Shown here: positions 31,888 through 42,354 of the stretch, piece after piece
How positions within the stretch are numbered: the stretch's first letter is position 1
Layout: every line of letters starts with the position of its first letter
Source: an uncultured Collinsella sp.
GTDB lineage: Bacteria > Actinomycetota > Coriobacteriia > Coriobacteriales > Coriobacteriaceae
NCBI GenBank assembly: GCA_902494555.1
Contig: CABUTR010000003.1
Coordinates: 12,651 to 76,650, forward strand
Direction of reading: 5' to 3'
DNA: 64,000 nucleotides
The notes under the pieces: generated by a model
Told to the model about the DNA's origin: nothing
Database searches by the model: none
Seen by the model: only the letters and a program-made list of their open reading frames with translations
Made by a program: the position numbers and the translations under genes

Positions 31888-34515
31888 ATGAGAATCGATA
31901 AGCTAGCAATGACGTCGCGCGAGGCGTTGCAGACCGCCATGAGCACGGCTGCCGACGCACAGGCCGGCGCGGTGGAGCCGATTCACCTGTTGTCTGCCCT
32001 GCTCGGTGCCGGCGAGCGCAATATCTCCGTGATCATCGAGCGCATCGGCGCCGACCCGGCCCAGCTCGCACGTTCCACGCAGGATGCCATCGACCGCGCG
32101 CCCAAGGTTTCGGGCGAGGGCCAGCAGATGGGCCTGTCCAACGAGCTCGTCCGCGTCATCGAAAAGGCCGAGAAGAAGGCCACCAAGATGGGCGACAGCT
32201 TTGTGGTGACCGAGCATCTGCTGATGGCACTTGCCGAGGATAAGGGCGAGGCTGGCCGCGTCCTGCGCGACGCAGGTGTCACCAAGGAGCGCATCGAGCA
32301 AGTCTACGAGGAGCTGCGCGGCGATGACCGCGTGACGTCTGCCGAGGACAAGACCCAGTTTGAGGCGCTGGAGCAGTATGGCCGCAACATCTGCGACCTC
32401 GCCCGCGCCGGCAAGCTCGACCCGGTCATCGGCCGTACCGACGAGATCCGTCGTACCATCCAGGTTCTGTCCCGCCGCACCAAGAACAACCCCGTGCTCA
32501 TCGGCGAGCCGGGTGTGGGCAAGACGGCCATCGTCGAGGGCATCGCCCAGCGTATCGTGGCCGGCGACGTGCCGAGCACGCTGCGCGATCGCGACCTCAT
32601 CGAGCTCGACATGAGCGCGCTGGTCGCCGGCGCCAAGTACCGTGGTGAGTTCGAGGACCGCTTAAAGGCCGTGCTCAAGGAGGTACAGAAGTCCGAGGGC
32701 AAGGTCATCCTGTTCATCGATGAGCTCCACACCATCGTGGGCGCGGGTGCCACCGAGGGCTCCATGGATGCCGGCAACATTCTCAAGCCGGCGCTCGCCC
32801 GTGGCGACCTGCATGCGATCGGCGCGACCACGCTCGACGAATATCGCAAGTACATCGAGAAGGACGCAGCGCTCGCACGTCGTTTCCAGACCGTTATGGT
32901 CAGCGAGCCTACCGTCGAGGACACCATCTCGATCCTGCGTGGCCTCAAGGAGAAGTACGAGATCTTCCACGGCGTGCATATTACCGATAGCGCGCTCGTG
33001 GCCGCCGCCGACCTCTCCGATCGCTACATCGCCGACCGTTTCCTGCCCGACAAGGCCATCGACCTGGTCGATGAGGCCGCAAGCCGCCTGCGCATGGAGC
33101 TCGACAGCATGCCGGTCGAGATCGACGCCACCACGCGTCAGCTCACCCAGCTGCAGATTGAGGAGCAGGCGCTCATGAAGGAGACCGACGACGCCTCCAA
33201 GGAGCGTCTGGAGGCCCTGCGCCAGGAGATCGCCGAGGTCCAAGAAAAGCTCAACGTGCAAAAGGCCGGCTGGCTCAACCAGAAGAACGCCATCGACCAC
33301 GTGCAGGAGCTTAAGGGCCAGCTTGACGAGGCCAAGAGCGAGGAGGAGCGCGCGACGCGCAACGGCGATCTGGGCCGTGCGTCCGAGCTGCGCTTTTCCG
33401 TGATTCCGGGTCTGCAGCAGCAGATTCAGGATTCCGAGGTTGCGCTCGAGGCACAAAAGCAGCAGGACGGCGAGGGCCTCAACGAGCAGGTGACCTCCGA
33501 TGAGATCGCCGAGGTCGTGAGCGCCTGGACCGGCGTGCCCGTGTCCAAGATGATGCAGGGCGAGCTCGACAAGCTCAAGGGCCTGGAGGGCGAGCTGCAT
33601 AAGCGTGTCATCGGCCAGGACGAGGCCGTGTCCGCTGTGGCCGCGGCCGTGCGCCGCAGCCGTGCGGGCCTCTCCGACCCGGACAAGCCCATCGGCAGCT
33701 TCTTCTTCCTGGGCCCCACCGGCGTAGGCAAGACCGAGCTCGCCAAGGCGCTTGCCGAGTGCCTGTTCGACGACGAGCGCGCGCTCGTGCGTATCGACAT
33801 GTCCGAGTACATGGAGAAGTTCAGCGTCCAGCGTCTGATCGGTGCGCCCCCGGGATACGTGGGTTACGACGAGGGCGGCCAGCTCACCGAGGCCGTGCGC
33901 CGTCGTCCGTACTCCGTAATCTTGCTCGACGAGATGGAGAAGGCCCATCCGGATGTCTTTAACGTGCTGCTGCAGGTGCTCGACGACGGCCGCCTGACCG
34001 ACGGCCAGGGTCGTCAGGTGTCCTTCAAGAACACGATCATCATCATGACGTCTAACGTGGGCTCCAAGGCTATCGCCGAGCTTTCCGGTAAGGACGAGGA
34101 GGAGATGCGCCATCAGGTCGACGCGGCCATGGCTCAGACCTTCCGCCCCGAGTTCCTCAACCGTATCGACGATATCGTGGTGTTCCATCCGCTCGGCATG
34201 GCGCAGATTGAGAAGATCGTCGATATCCAGCTCGCCGATGTCCGCGCACGCCTGGCCAAGGAGCGCATGACGCTTGCCATCACCCCGGCGGCCAAGCAGA
34301 TGCTCGCCGTGGGCGGCCTGGACCCGGTCTTTGGCGCTCGTCCGCTCAAGCGTCTGGTCCAGCGCGAGGTCGTGGATGCCATCGCGGCCGCTATCATCGA
34401 CGGCACGGTGCGCGAGGGCGATCAGGTGACGGTCGATGTCGACAAGGACGGTGCTTTTACCGTCGTGTGCGATAACACGCCGTCTGCCACCTACGAGGTG
34501 CCCGACGCCGAGTAG
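31888..34515 (+). CDS. clpB: Disaggregase ClpB
   Basis: Clp N-domain, GEPGVGKT, coiled-coil M domain, [22 protein letters not shown]. Confidence 0.98.
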   Translation: MRIDKLAMTSREALQTAMSTAADAQAGAVEPIHLLSALLGAGERNISVIIERIGADPAQLARSTQDAIDRAPKVSGEGQQMGLSNELVRVIEKAEKKATKMGDSFVVTEHLLMALAEDKGEAGRVLRDAGVTKERIEQVYEELRGDDRVTSAEDKTQFEALEQYGRNICDLARAGKLDPVIGRTDEIRRTIQVLSRRTKNNPVLIGEPGVGKTAIVEGIAQRIVAGDVPSTLRDRDLIELDMSALVAGAKYRGEFEDRLKAVLKEVQKSEGKVILFIDELHTIVGAGATEGSMDAGNILKPALARGDLHAIGATTLDEYRKYIEKDAALARRFQTVMVSEPTVEDTISILRGLKEKYEIFHGVHITDSALVAAADLSDRYIADRFLPDKAIDLVDEAASRLRMELDSMPVEIDATTRQLTQLQIEEQALMKETDDASKERLEALRQEIAEVQEKLNVQKAGWLNQKNAIDHVQELKGQLDEAKSEEERATRNGDLGRASELRFSVIPGLQQQIQDSEVALEAQKQQDGEGLNEQVTSDEIAEVVSAWTGVPVSKMMQGELDKLKGLEGELHKRVIGQDEAVSAVAAAVRRSRAGLSDPDKPIGSFFFLGPTGVGKTELAKALAECLFDDERALVRIDMSEYMEKFSVQRLIGAPPGYVGYDEGGQLTEAVRRRPYSVILLDEMEKAHPDVFNVLLQVLDDGRLTDGQGRQVSFKNTIIIMTSNVGSKAIAELSGKDEEEMRHQVDAAMAQTFRPEFLNRIDDIVVFHPLGMAQIEKIVDIQLADVRARLAKERMTLAITPAAKQMLAVGGLDPVFGARPLKRLVQREVVDAIAAAIIDGTVREGDQVTVDVDKDGAFTVVCDNTPSATYEVPDAE

Positions 34516-34558
34516 ATTTTTGGGGCCGGCTTTAAACCGCCCCTCATCGCAAAACGCC

Positions 34559-34595
34559 AAGGGCGGCGGATCCAATCGGGTCCGCCGCCCTTTTT
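34559..34595 (+). terminator. Intrinsic terminator
   Basis: AAGGGCGGCGGA...TCCGCCGCCCTT followed by TTT. Confidence 0.8.
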
Positions 34596-34639
34596 CGTGC
34601 GACAATCGATGGTGTTGAACGGATGCGATGCAAGGAGCT

Positions 34640-34840
34640 ATGCAGATGAAAGACGAGATCAAGACAAGCGCGCCGGCGACCGATGCCGCACCCGCCGCAC
34701 CCAAGCCCGCGCCTAAACCGGCACCCAAGCCGCGCGACCCCTACATCCGCGCCGAGAACGAGGACGATGACGGCTACGATCCCTACAGCGATCGCCGCCC
34801 CGAGCGCGAGCCGATGTTCGAAGCCGACCCCTGGCGCTGA
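34640..34840 (+). CDS. Small Pro-rich/acidic protein of unknown function
   Basis: AAGGAG RBS, host-like codons, APKP repeats, NEDDDGYDPYSD motif; start may be 34646. Confidence 0.7.
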   Translation: MQMKDEIKTSAPATDAAPAAPKPAPKPAPKPRDPYIRAENEDDDGYDPYSDRRPEREPMFEADPWR

Positions 34841-34864
34841 GTGCCACCCAAAAGGCCACCAATA

Positions 34865-34931
34865 AGTTGCGGTGAAATAGGGACTGTTTTGCGGTTTGAC
34901 CAGCAAAAACAGTCCCTATTTCACCGCAACT
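34865..34931. repeat. Long inverted repeat with GGGACTG/CAGTCCC core between convergent genes
   Basis: AGTTGCGGTGAAATAGGGACTGTTTT ... AAAACAGTCCCTATTTCACCGCAACT (26-bp perfect arms). Confidence 0.88.
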
Positions 34932-34972
34932 GCGTTAGGGATGTGGGTGTTGGGCGCCTGTCTTCGGGCCGG

Positions 34973-36469
34973 CTAGTCTTGGGCTTTGATGCTCGGCAGG
35001 AGAATCTGGGCGAGGTAGTCGGTCTCAAGTTTGGTCGCGGCGTCTGCCTTGCCGTCTTTGCCGACCAGTACGTTCTTGATCTGGCTATAGGTGTAGCGGT
35101 TACCGGTCGTGAGCTCGACAAGCTCAATGGCCGTGTCCATGGGGTAGGTTGACACGGGATTCTGCGTCCGTCCGTTGATGGTCTGGGGCACCACGTACGG
35201 ATAGACGGGGCCGCTGGCGTAGACGGTATAACCGTTGCCTAGATTGGCTGCACCCAAAACCGTATCGCCCTCATCGGGCGTAAAGCTCTCGCCCTCGCGC
35301 ACCGCGACGAGCGTCACAATCGGCGTATCGCTGTCGCCGGCAAGATAGATGCATAGCGTGCTGCCATTTTGCCAAGTCTCGACCTTGCCGTACCACTCGA
35401 CGGGAATATCGAGCTGGTAGAGGTCGGTTGCCTTGTGGCGAGCGTCAGCATCACGGGACGCCTGTGCCTTTTGCGCGCTCACGGCATTGACGGCGGCGTC
35501 GCGCCGCGCGGTTGCTGCCTGCTGGAGCACTTTGGCAGCCGCGGCGGAGCTCGCACCGCCCTCCTCGGCATACTTGGCGGCGGCATCGATCTGGTCGTCA
35601 GTCACCGTGTCGGCCGAAGGCACCTTGAGCTTAAAGGTGGCCTGGGCACTTAAATCCTGTCCATCGCTCTTAACGGTGACCTGCGTCTTGGTGGTCGGGA
35701 CGGTATAGATGGTGCCGTCGGCCGCGATGGGGGAGGCAGCGATGGAGAGCGTGTAATCGCCGGGCAGCAGTTTGATGCCGCGGCCGTGCTCGTCAACATA
35801 GAGCGTTTCGCTCACGGAGGAGCCGTCAGAATCCTGACCGCTCACCTGTACGGGAATCTTGGAGCCAGTGGAACAGTCGAGGCCCGCGGCATGCATGCCA
35901 ATCTGCACCGACATCATCGTGTGGGCATTGGCGGCGACAGCGGCAGCCTGCTCTTGCTGATATCCGTTCCAGGCAGCATAGCCTGCACCGCCGGCGACGA
36001 GCGCGACGGCCACGACACCGGCGACCATCAGATTGCGGCGCTTGGGCGACATCTTGCGATGGCGGACCTCGGCCTCGCGTGCCGAGGGAACGGACGGCAG
36101 GGGTATATCGCCCATGGCGATGGTCTCGTCCACGGCTGGTGCGGAACCCAGGCCAGGAAGCTCGCGAGTCAGCGAATCCTCGGCCGGCAAGCTGTCGAGC
36201 AAGACGGTTTCCTCGCCCGTGTCGGATTCGGGCTGGTTGCCGGCCTCGCTTTCGGTGCCTTCGTGATCTGCCTCATCCTCGGCAGGCTCAACGTCGCCTG
36301 CATCCTGATTATCGGATTGCGCCTCGGTTTCCGGCTCATCCTGCACATCAACGCCCGAATCGTCAAACGCAATCTCATCGAGTGAAATCCGGTCTAAGCT
36401 CTCCAAGGCCTCAGCGCAAGCTTCTGCATCTTGGGCCGCATCCTCTTGGCCCATCGTCTCATCATTCAT
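34973..36469 (-). CDS. Single-pass membrane protein with very acidic N-terminal region and large C-terminal domain
   Basis: D/E-rich N-terminus, KRR + TM helix, beta-rich C-terminal domain; GGGG RBS. Confidence 0.8.
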   Translation of the reverse strand: MNDETMGQEDAAQDAEACAEALESLDRISLDEIAFDDSGVDVQDEPETEAQSDNQDAGDVEPAEDEADHEGTESEAGNQPESDTGEETVLLDSLPAEDSLTRELPGLGSAPAVDETIAMGDIPLPSVPSAREAEVRHRKMSPKRRNLMVAGVVAVALVAGGAGYAAWNGYQQEQAAAVAANAHTMMSVQIGMHAAGLDCSTGSKIPVQVSGQDSDGSSVSETLYVDEHGRGIKLLPGDYTLSIAASPIAADGTIYTVPTTKTQVTVKSDGQDLSAQATFKLKVPSADTVTDDQIDAAAKYAEEGGASSAAAAKVLQQAATARRDAAVNAVSAQKAQASRDADARHKATDLYQLDIPVEWYGKVETWQNGSTLCIYLAGDSDTPIVTLVAVREGESFTPDEGDTVLGAANLGNGYTVYASGPVYPYVVPQTINGRTQNPVSTYPMDTAIELVELTTGNRYTYSQIKNVLVGKDGKADAATKLETDYLAQILLPSIKAQD

Positions 36470-36702
36470 ACATCCCCCAAGCTCAATATCGGGACAACAC
36501 TGTACCCAAAAATGGAGCCATATAAAGCGCGTGCGAAATATAAGATCCGATTTAACCTGAGCGCATCGTTCGGCCGCATCCTCGCGGCGGCAAAAGGCCC
36601 CCGGAACGCGAACGAATCACATTCCGGGGGCTCTACAATGCGTTGAGTTGCGCGGAGTCGGCCAGGCGGCTTCACATTCAAGCGATGTTTGCGTCGGGCG
36701 CG

Positions 36703-37710
36703 TTACTCGGCGTGCGCGTAATCAACCTTGGCGCGGCGAGCGGTAGCCTTCTCCCAATCGCTGGTGCCCTCAAAGACATCCTGCTTGTAGGGATTGCGGC
36801 CGAGCTTCTTGGCGCGGTAGGCGATGTAGATGATTGCGGCGACGTTGGCGACCAGTGCGGCGATTGAGACCGCGGTAGCGGCGCCGGGGTCGAGCGTGGA
36901 GTGGGTCACAAAGATGGACTCCTCCTGGAAGAACGGGAACACCTGGGCAAACATGCACCAAATAGCCAGCGTAAAGGCGCGGTTCTGGATCCAGCCGCCC
37001 TTGTTCCAGATAAAGGCGGCGACGGTGGGCGCCAGCAGCAGCGCAAAGCCGCAGAACCAGGAGTGGGTGGGCAGGCAGTTGTAGGTGTAGCAGAAGTTCC
37101 AGATATCGTAGGCGATGATGTAGACCCAGGTCATGTCGGGCCACAGCATGTCGGTCTTGTCCTCGGAGGCGTAGACGCTCCACCAACCGGTCATGCAGAA
37201 GATGTTGATGATACCGGCGATGCCGTTGAACACGTTGTTCCAGCCGGCCAGCTGCGTAGCACCTTCGGAGGTGACCCAGGTTGACTCACCCAGGACAAAG
37301 AAGTGATAGGCGCTCTCAAAGTCGGACACGACGGCGATCATGATGTTGATGGCGACGATCACAAACGGCCACGCGCGGAACCAATGCGCCTTGCCGATCT
37401 TTCCCCACTGGTACTTAATGGCAATGAAGCCCCAGCAACCGGCCAACGCCGCGTATACCTTGGCGTAGTGGAACCAGCTGTTCTGGTACACATGGGTGGG
37501 GTTGGTGAGCGCCCACTCGGCACCCTGCGAAACACCGACGGCGATGGCGACACAGTAGATGGTCATGGCCAGCGGAGCCACGCCAAAGATGATTGCCGCG
37601 CCCAGCTTGGTGCGGCGGCCGACCTCGTTGAGCACGATCAGGCCAATAAAGACCATGGCCCAGCCGGCCCAGTGGATAAGGGTATCGCTACCCCAAACAT
37701 CGAACAGCAT
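36703..37710 (-). CDS. Trp-rich polytopic membrane protein, DUF5692-like
   Basis: Many TM helices; NEVGRR, WFHYAKVY, AINIMIAV, DMLWPDM, YDIWNFCYTYNC, WIQNRAFTL. Family assignment from recall. Confidence 0.75.
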   Translation of the reverse strand: MLFDVWGSDTLIHWAGWAMVFIGLIVLNEVGRRTKLGAAIIFGVAPLAMTIYCVAIAVGVSQGAEWALTNPTHVYQNSWFHYAKVYAALAGCWGFIAIKYQWGKIGKAHWFRAWPFVIVAINIMIAVVSDFESAYHFFVLGESTWVTSEGATQLAGWNNVFNGIAGIINIFCMTGWWSVYASEDKTDMLWPDMTWVYIIAYDIWNFCYTYNCLPTHSWFCGFALLLAPTVAAFIWNKGGWIQNRAFTLAIWCMFAQVFPFFQEESIFVTHSTLDPGAATAVSIAALVANVAAIIYIAYRAKKLGRNPYKQDVFEGTSDWEKATARRAKVDYAHAE

Positions 37711-37773
37711 GCTGCTCTCCTTTCACACGCCCGCGGCCCCTCTTCTGATCGCGGGCAGTTTGGCCAAATGTCG

Positions 37774-38436
37774 TCAGTTCTGGGGCTTGCGCTCCGGATA
37801 CTTGGCGGTATAGCCCTCGATGTGGAGTGTCGAGGCGATGATTTCCTTGACCGTCTCGTCGGGCACATCGGGGTGCGTGCGGATATACATCAAAAGACCC
37901 ATGATGAGGGTGTAGAACGTTTCGTAGACATGGTCGATGCGCAGCTCGTGGTGGGCGACAAAATCCACCACGGTGGTGTCGCAGATATACTGCGCCACAC
38001 GCTGGACCACGTTGTGCAAAAAGCCGCCGTAGAGCGCGCCGCTGTTGGAGGTCAGAGTGTGCGGCAGTTCGTGGCCGCTGGCGACCAGGCGCTTAAAGAG
38101 CGGGGCGACGGTGTCGAGCGCGCCCTCGATATCACCGACGGTGCGGTTGGCATTCCACTGCTCGAGCTCGGAGATAAAACCGTCGATTGCCTCGTCCATG
38201 ACGGCGGTGACGGCGGCGTCCATGTCGGCGAAGTAGTGGTAGAACAATGAACGCGTGCAGCCGGCTCGCTTGGTCACGGCCGATACCGATAGGTGGGACA
38301 CGCCCAGCTCGGAGCTTACGGTGCGCACGGCATCGAGGATCTCGCGACGGCGTTCGTCGCCCGTCAGGCGCTTTGCCGCGCTATCGGATGCGGGGACGGC
38401 ATCGACCACAGAGGTACCTGCTGTGTTGTTGCCCAT
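37774..38436 (-). CDS. TetR/AcrR-family regulator
   Basis: RRREILDA...SVSAVTKRAGCTRSLFYHYF HTH. Confidence 0.92.
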   Translation of the reverse strand: MGNNTAGTSVVDAVPASDSAAKRLTGDERRREILDAVRTVSSELGVSHLSVSAVTKRAGCTRSLFYHYFADMDAAVTAVMDEAIDGFISELEQWNANRTVGDIEGALDTVAPLFKRLVASGHELPHTLTSNSGALYGGFLHNVVQRVAQYICDTTVVDFVAHHELRIDHVYETFYTLIMGLLMYIRTHPDVPDETVKEIIASTLHIEGYTAKYPERKPQN

Positions 38437-38494
38437 GTTTTTCCGCCTTTCATCCTCTTTTGCCTGACCGTTCGCCTAACAGTCTTGAATATTG

Positions 38495-38532
38495 TTGACG
38501 GTTCGTCAATACTATTTTTGACACAATGTCAA
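38495..38532. promoter_or_regulatory. Two TTGAC-N5-GTCAA palindromes in the divergent promoter (putative TetR operators)
   Basis: TTGACGGTTCGTCAA at 38495-38509 and TTGACACAATGTCAA at 38518-38532. Confidence 0.7.
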
Positions 38533-38625
38533 CAATGGCGGGTGAACGGCATGGGGGCATGCCTGGCCTGCAAAAAAAGAGGGGCGCCGCGGTCTCGCCG
38601 GGCTGTGGCAAGAGAAGGGACAACC

Positions 38626-41403
38626 ATGATTCTCAACGGACCGGGGATTAGCTACACCGAGCCCGACATCGGTTCGGAGTTCGTGCCGCCGCTGCCGGAG
38701 CATCCGCGCGAGGCCATCGTCAAGCTGTGCGAGCACTGCACCAACCGTCTGCTGCATCGCGATGAGCTGCTGGGCTACGAGTACTGGTCGTTTGCCGAGG
38801 CTGCAACCGACGAGCAGGCCGAAGTGCTCTGCAAGATGAAGATGCGCCGCCCCTATACGCTGCCCGAGATGGTCAAGCTCACCGGCATGTCCGAAGCCGA
38901 TATCGAGAAGATGCTCGACGACATGAGCTACACGGGTCTGCTTGAGTACAACTGGGAAAACCCCGAGCGCGCCAAGCAGTGGGTGCTGCCCATGCTGGTG
39001 CCGGGTTCCGCCGAGTTCCTCAACATGCGCGTGAGCCAGCTCGAGGAGCACCCGGTCTATGCCAAGTTCTTTGAGCAGGCGTCCAAGGGACCGCTGTCCA
39101 AGGCCACTCCGATGGTGCCGCCCGGTGGTGCCGGCATCGGCATGCATGTCATTCCGGTCGAGAAGGCTATCGATGCCGCGAGCACGTCGGTGCCGATCGA
39201 GCATATCGAGCATTGGCTCGACAAATATGATGGCAAATATGCCGCTAGCACCTGCAGTTGCCGCGCGAGCCGTCGCGTGATGGGTGAGGGCTGCGCCGAC
39301 GACCCCGCCGATTGGTGCATCGCCGTGGGCGATATGGCCGACTACGTGGTCGAGACCGATCGCGGCCATTACGTGACGCGCGACGAGGTTTACGACATCT
39401 TGCGCCAGGCCGAGGACAACGGCTTTGTGCACCAGATCACCAATATCGACGGCGAGAACAAGATCTTCGCCATCTGCAACTGCAACGTCAACGTGTGCTA
39501 CGCCCTGCGCACCTCGCAGCTGTTCAACACGCCCAACCTGTCGCGCTCAGCCTATGTCGCCAAGGTCGAGAAGGACAAGTGCGTGGCCTGCGGTCGCTGC
39601 GTTGAGGTGTGTCCGGCCGGTGCCGCCAAGCTGGGCCAGAAGCTCTGCAGCAAAAAGGCGGGCGGACGGGTGCCCGAATATCCGCGCCAGGAGCTGCCCG
39701 ATGCCACCAAGTGGGACCACACCAAGTGGTCGCCCAACTACCGCAACGACAACCGCATCGAGACGCATAAGTCCGGCACCGCTCCCTGCAAGACGGCCTG
39801 CCCCGCGCATGTTGCCGTTCAGGGCTATTTGAAGCTCGCGGCTCAGGGTCGCTATGACGAGGCCCTAGCACTCATTAAGCGCGAGAACCCGCTGCCTGCT
39901 ATCTGCGGCCGTGTGTGCAACCGCCGCTGTGAGGATGCCTGCACCCGCGGCCGTGTGGACGCCGCCGTGGCCATCGACGAGGTCAAGAAATTCATCGCCC
40001 AGCGCGATCTGGATGCCGCGACTCGCTATGTCCCACCTGTGGTGACTCCGACGCGTGCCGGCGGCTTCGACCAGAAGATCGCCATCATCGGTGCCGGTCC
40101 GGCCGGTCTGTCCTGCGCCTTCTATCTGGCCGAGAAGGGCTACAAGCCCGTCGTGTTCGAGAAGAACGAGCGCCCGGGCGGCATGCTCACCTACGGCATT
40201 CCCAGCTTTAAGCTGCAGAAGGACGTCATTGAGGCCGAGGTCGAGGTCATTCGCCTGATGGGTGCCGAGTTCCGCTATGGCGTGGAAGTCGGTCGAGACG
40301 TGACGCTCGACGAGCTGCGCGCGCAGGGCTTCAAGGCCTTCTACGTTGCCATTGGCTGCCAGGGCGGCCGCCTTGCCGGCATTCCGGGCGAGGGTGCCGA
40401 GGACGTGACCGTGGCCGTCGACTTCCTTCGCGAGGTCAACAGCGGCAAGATTGATGCGCTGCCCGGCCGCACTATCGTGGTGGGCGGCGGCAACGTGGCT
40501 ATCGATGTCGCGCGCAACGCCTGCCGTCTGGGTTCCGAGCACGTTGAGATGTTCTGCCTGGAGAGCGAGGCCCAGATGCCTGCCAGCGAGGAGGAGCGTC
40601 GCGAGGCCGTTGAGGACGGCGCCCACATCAGCTGCGGCTGGGGCCCCAAGGAGGTTCACCTGGACGAGGCCGGTCGTGTGTGCGGTATCACCTTCAAGCG
40701 CTGCACGCGTGTCTTTGACGACGAGGGCCGTTTTGCGCCCGAGTACGACGAGAGCGATCTGCGCCGTGTCGATGCCGACCGTGTCGTCATGTCGATTGGC
40801 CAGTCCATTGTGTGGGGCGACCTGCTAGCTGGCTCCAAGGTGGAGCTCGGCCGCGGCCAGGGCGCCCTTGCCGATCCCCAGACTTACCAGACCGCCGAAC
40901 CCGACATCTTTGTGGGTGGTGACGTCTACACTGGCCCCAGCTTTGCCATCGACGCTATCGCCGCCGGTCACGAGGCTGCGGTGTCCATCCATCGCTTTGT
41001 GCAGCCGGGCTCCACGCTCACCATCGGCCGCAATCAGCGCCGCTACACTGCGCTCGACCGCGACGACGTTGTGCTCGAGAGCTACGATAACGCGAGCCGC
41101 GAGGTTGCCCACGTGGACCGCGAGCGCGAGAAGGCCGCGCCGTTTAGCGAGTACGTCGAGACCTTTACCGAGGAACAGGTGCGCGCCGAGACTGCCCGCT
41201 GCCTGGGCTGCGGCGCCTCGATCGTCGACCCCAACAAGTGCATCGGCTGCGGCCTGTGCACCACCAAGTGCGCGTTCGACGCCATCCATCTGGATCGCGA
41301 CCGTCCCGAGTGCTCCACGATGGTCAAATACGAGCAAAAGCTCCCAAGCCTGGGCAAGTACGCATTGAAGCGTGCAATTAAGATCAAATTTGGGAAGAAG
41401 TAA
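38626..41403 (+). CDS. Large multi-[Fe-S] FAD-dependent NAD(P)H oxidoreductase (GltD/DPD-like core with extra ferredoxin and Cys-rich domains)
   Basis: CSCR, CNCNVNVC, CVACGRCVEVCP, CKTACP...CGRVCNRRCEDAC, GAGPAG, GGGNVA, CLGC, CIGCGLCTTKC. Confidence 0.88.
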   Translation: MILNGPGISYTEPDIGSEFVPPLPEHPREAIVKLCEHCTNRLLHRDELLGYEYWSFAEAATDEQAEVLCKMKMRRPYTLPEMVKLTGMSEADIEKMLDDMSYTGLLEYNWENPERAKQWVLPMLVPGSAEFLNMRVSQLEEHPVYAKFFEQASKGPLSKATPMVPPGGAGIGMHVIPVEKAIDAASTSVPIEHIEHWLDKYDGKYAASTCSCRASRRVMGEGCADDPADWCIAVGDMADYVVETDRGHYVTRDEVYDILRQAEDNGFVHQITNIDGENKIFAICNCNVNVCYALRTSQLFNTPNLSRSAYVAKVEKDKCVACGRCVEVCPAGAAKLGQKLCSKKAGGRVPEYPRQELPDATKWDHTKWSPNYRNDNRIETHKSGTAPCKTACPAHVAVQGYLKLAAQGRYDEALALIKRENPLPAICGRVCNRRCEDACTRGRVDAAVAIDEVKKFIAQRDLDAATRYVPPVVTPTRAGGFDQKIAIIGAGPAGLSCAFYLAEKGYKPVVFEKNERPGGMLTYGIPSFKLQKDVIEAEVEVIRLMGAEFRYGVEVGRDVTLDELRAQGFKAFYVAIGCQGGRLAGIPGEGAEDVTVAVDFLREVNSGKIDALPGRTIVVGGGNVAIDVARNACRLGSEHVEMFCLESEAQMPASEEERREAVEDGAHISCGWGPKEVHLDEAGRVCGITFKRCTRVFDDEGRFAPEYDESDLRRVDADRVVMSIGQSIVWGDLLAGSKVELGRGQGALADPQTYQTAEPDIFVGGDVYTGPSFAIDAIAAGHEAAVSIHRFVQPGSTLTIGRNQRRYTALDRDDVVLESYDNASREVAHVDREREKAAPFSEYVETFTEEQVRAETARCLGCGASIVDPNKCIGCGLCTTKCAFDAIHLDRDRPECSTMVKYEQKLPSLGKYALKRAIKIKFGKK

Positions 41404-41421
41404 GAGACCTAACAAGTAAGT

Positions 41422-41587
41422 GAACGGCGCAGAGGGCGGTTGGACAGCGAGCGGGTCCCAGGCGTGGCGAGGTGCCTTGAAAGAGGAGGGCATAGGGCTT
41501 TTGCCCATGCCCGACGATTGAAAGGCAGATCGCCCGTCTGGGACTCGCGCAGCGTCAAGCCGACCGCCGTTCGTTAGAACGGCGGAA
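41422..41587 (-). repeat. Structured intergenic element family I, copy D (inverted, diverged)
   Basis: Minus strand CCGCCGTTC-TAAC-GAACGGCGG, GACGCTGC, stem GCGAGTCCCAG/CTGGGACCCGC, apical GGCATGGGC-AAAA-GCCC(T)ATGCC, TCGCTGTCC...CTGCGCCGTT. Confidence 0.85.
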
Positions 41588-41597
41588 GGAATTAAAA

Positions 41598-42017
41598 GTG
41601 CACGAGCTCGGAATCGTCTATCACATCATTCGCGATGTCGAGAATGTGGCGCGCGCTCATGGCGTGCGTCGCGTTTCGAGCGTGACGTTGCTACTGGGCG
41701 AGGTCTCGGGCGTCGTTCCCGACTTGCTGCTCGACGCTTGGCGCTGGGCGGCAGATAAAAAGCCTATCACTGAGGGCGCGGAGCTTATCGTGGAGCCCGT
41801 CGAGGCCGTGACGCATTGCGAGGCGTGCGGCTGCGACTACGCGACGGTCGAGCACGGCAAGACCTGCCCCCAGTGCGGTAGCGGCGAGACATACCTGCTG
41901 CAGGGCCAAGAGGTAATGATCAAACAGATCGAGACCCCCGACGAGGACCCGGCAGACACTGTACCCGATGACCCCTCCGACGCCGTCGACGCCGCCAACC
42001 CACTCCACATCGCCTAA
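41598..42017 (+). CDS. hypA: Nickel metallochaperone HypA family protein
   Basis: MHE N-terminus, GEVSGV, CEAC and CPQCGS; acidic tail. Confidence 0.93.
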   Translation: MHELGIVYHIIRDVENVARAHGVRRVSSVTLLLGEVSGVVPDLLLDAWRWAADKKPITEGAELIVEPVEAVTHCEACGCDYATVEHGKTCPQCGSGETYLLQGQEVMIKQIETPDEDPADTVPDDPSDAVDAANPLHIA

Positions 42018-42079
42018 CATCCAATGACTACATGGGCTAGAGTTCTAAACATATTTGCTTCGGTTAGTCAAGTCATGTC

Positions 42080-42284
42080 TGTTTAAACAAAATGGTGGCA
42101 CGCAGACGCATTGGAATCCACCTAAAAGAGGTCTTAACGAACAGTGCACCTTTATATGTCTTTGAAAGCAATCAGCAAATCACGTTTTAGCAGGCAATAA
42201 GCTGTAAACCGGCAACGTAATCAATTTGTAACAAACTTAGACGTTTAAACAAATAAACCAACCATTTGCGAATTTAGCTATAAT
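42080..42284 (+). promoter_or_regulatory. man operon promoter region with two GTTTAAACAAA sites
   Basis: TGTTTAAACA at 42080-42089, CGTTTAAACA at 42242-42251, TATAAT at 42279-42284. Confidence 0.55.
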
Positions 42285-42354
42285 TCCACAATCCAAACAG
42301 GTATACTCCTTTCATGTCGTGTAGGAAATACGTAGACAAAAAGGAGGTTATGTG

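Noticed and set aside
38293..38625. N-terminal extension of the oxidoreductase in the ORF track
   Set aside because: Overlaps tetR and the operator region; the RBS supports ATG 38626. Similar over-extended starts were trimmed for bglA, nadB, crr and the LevR-like gene
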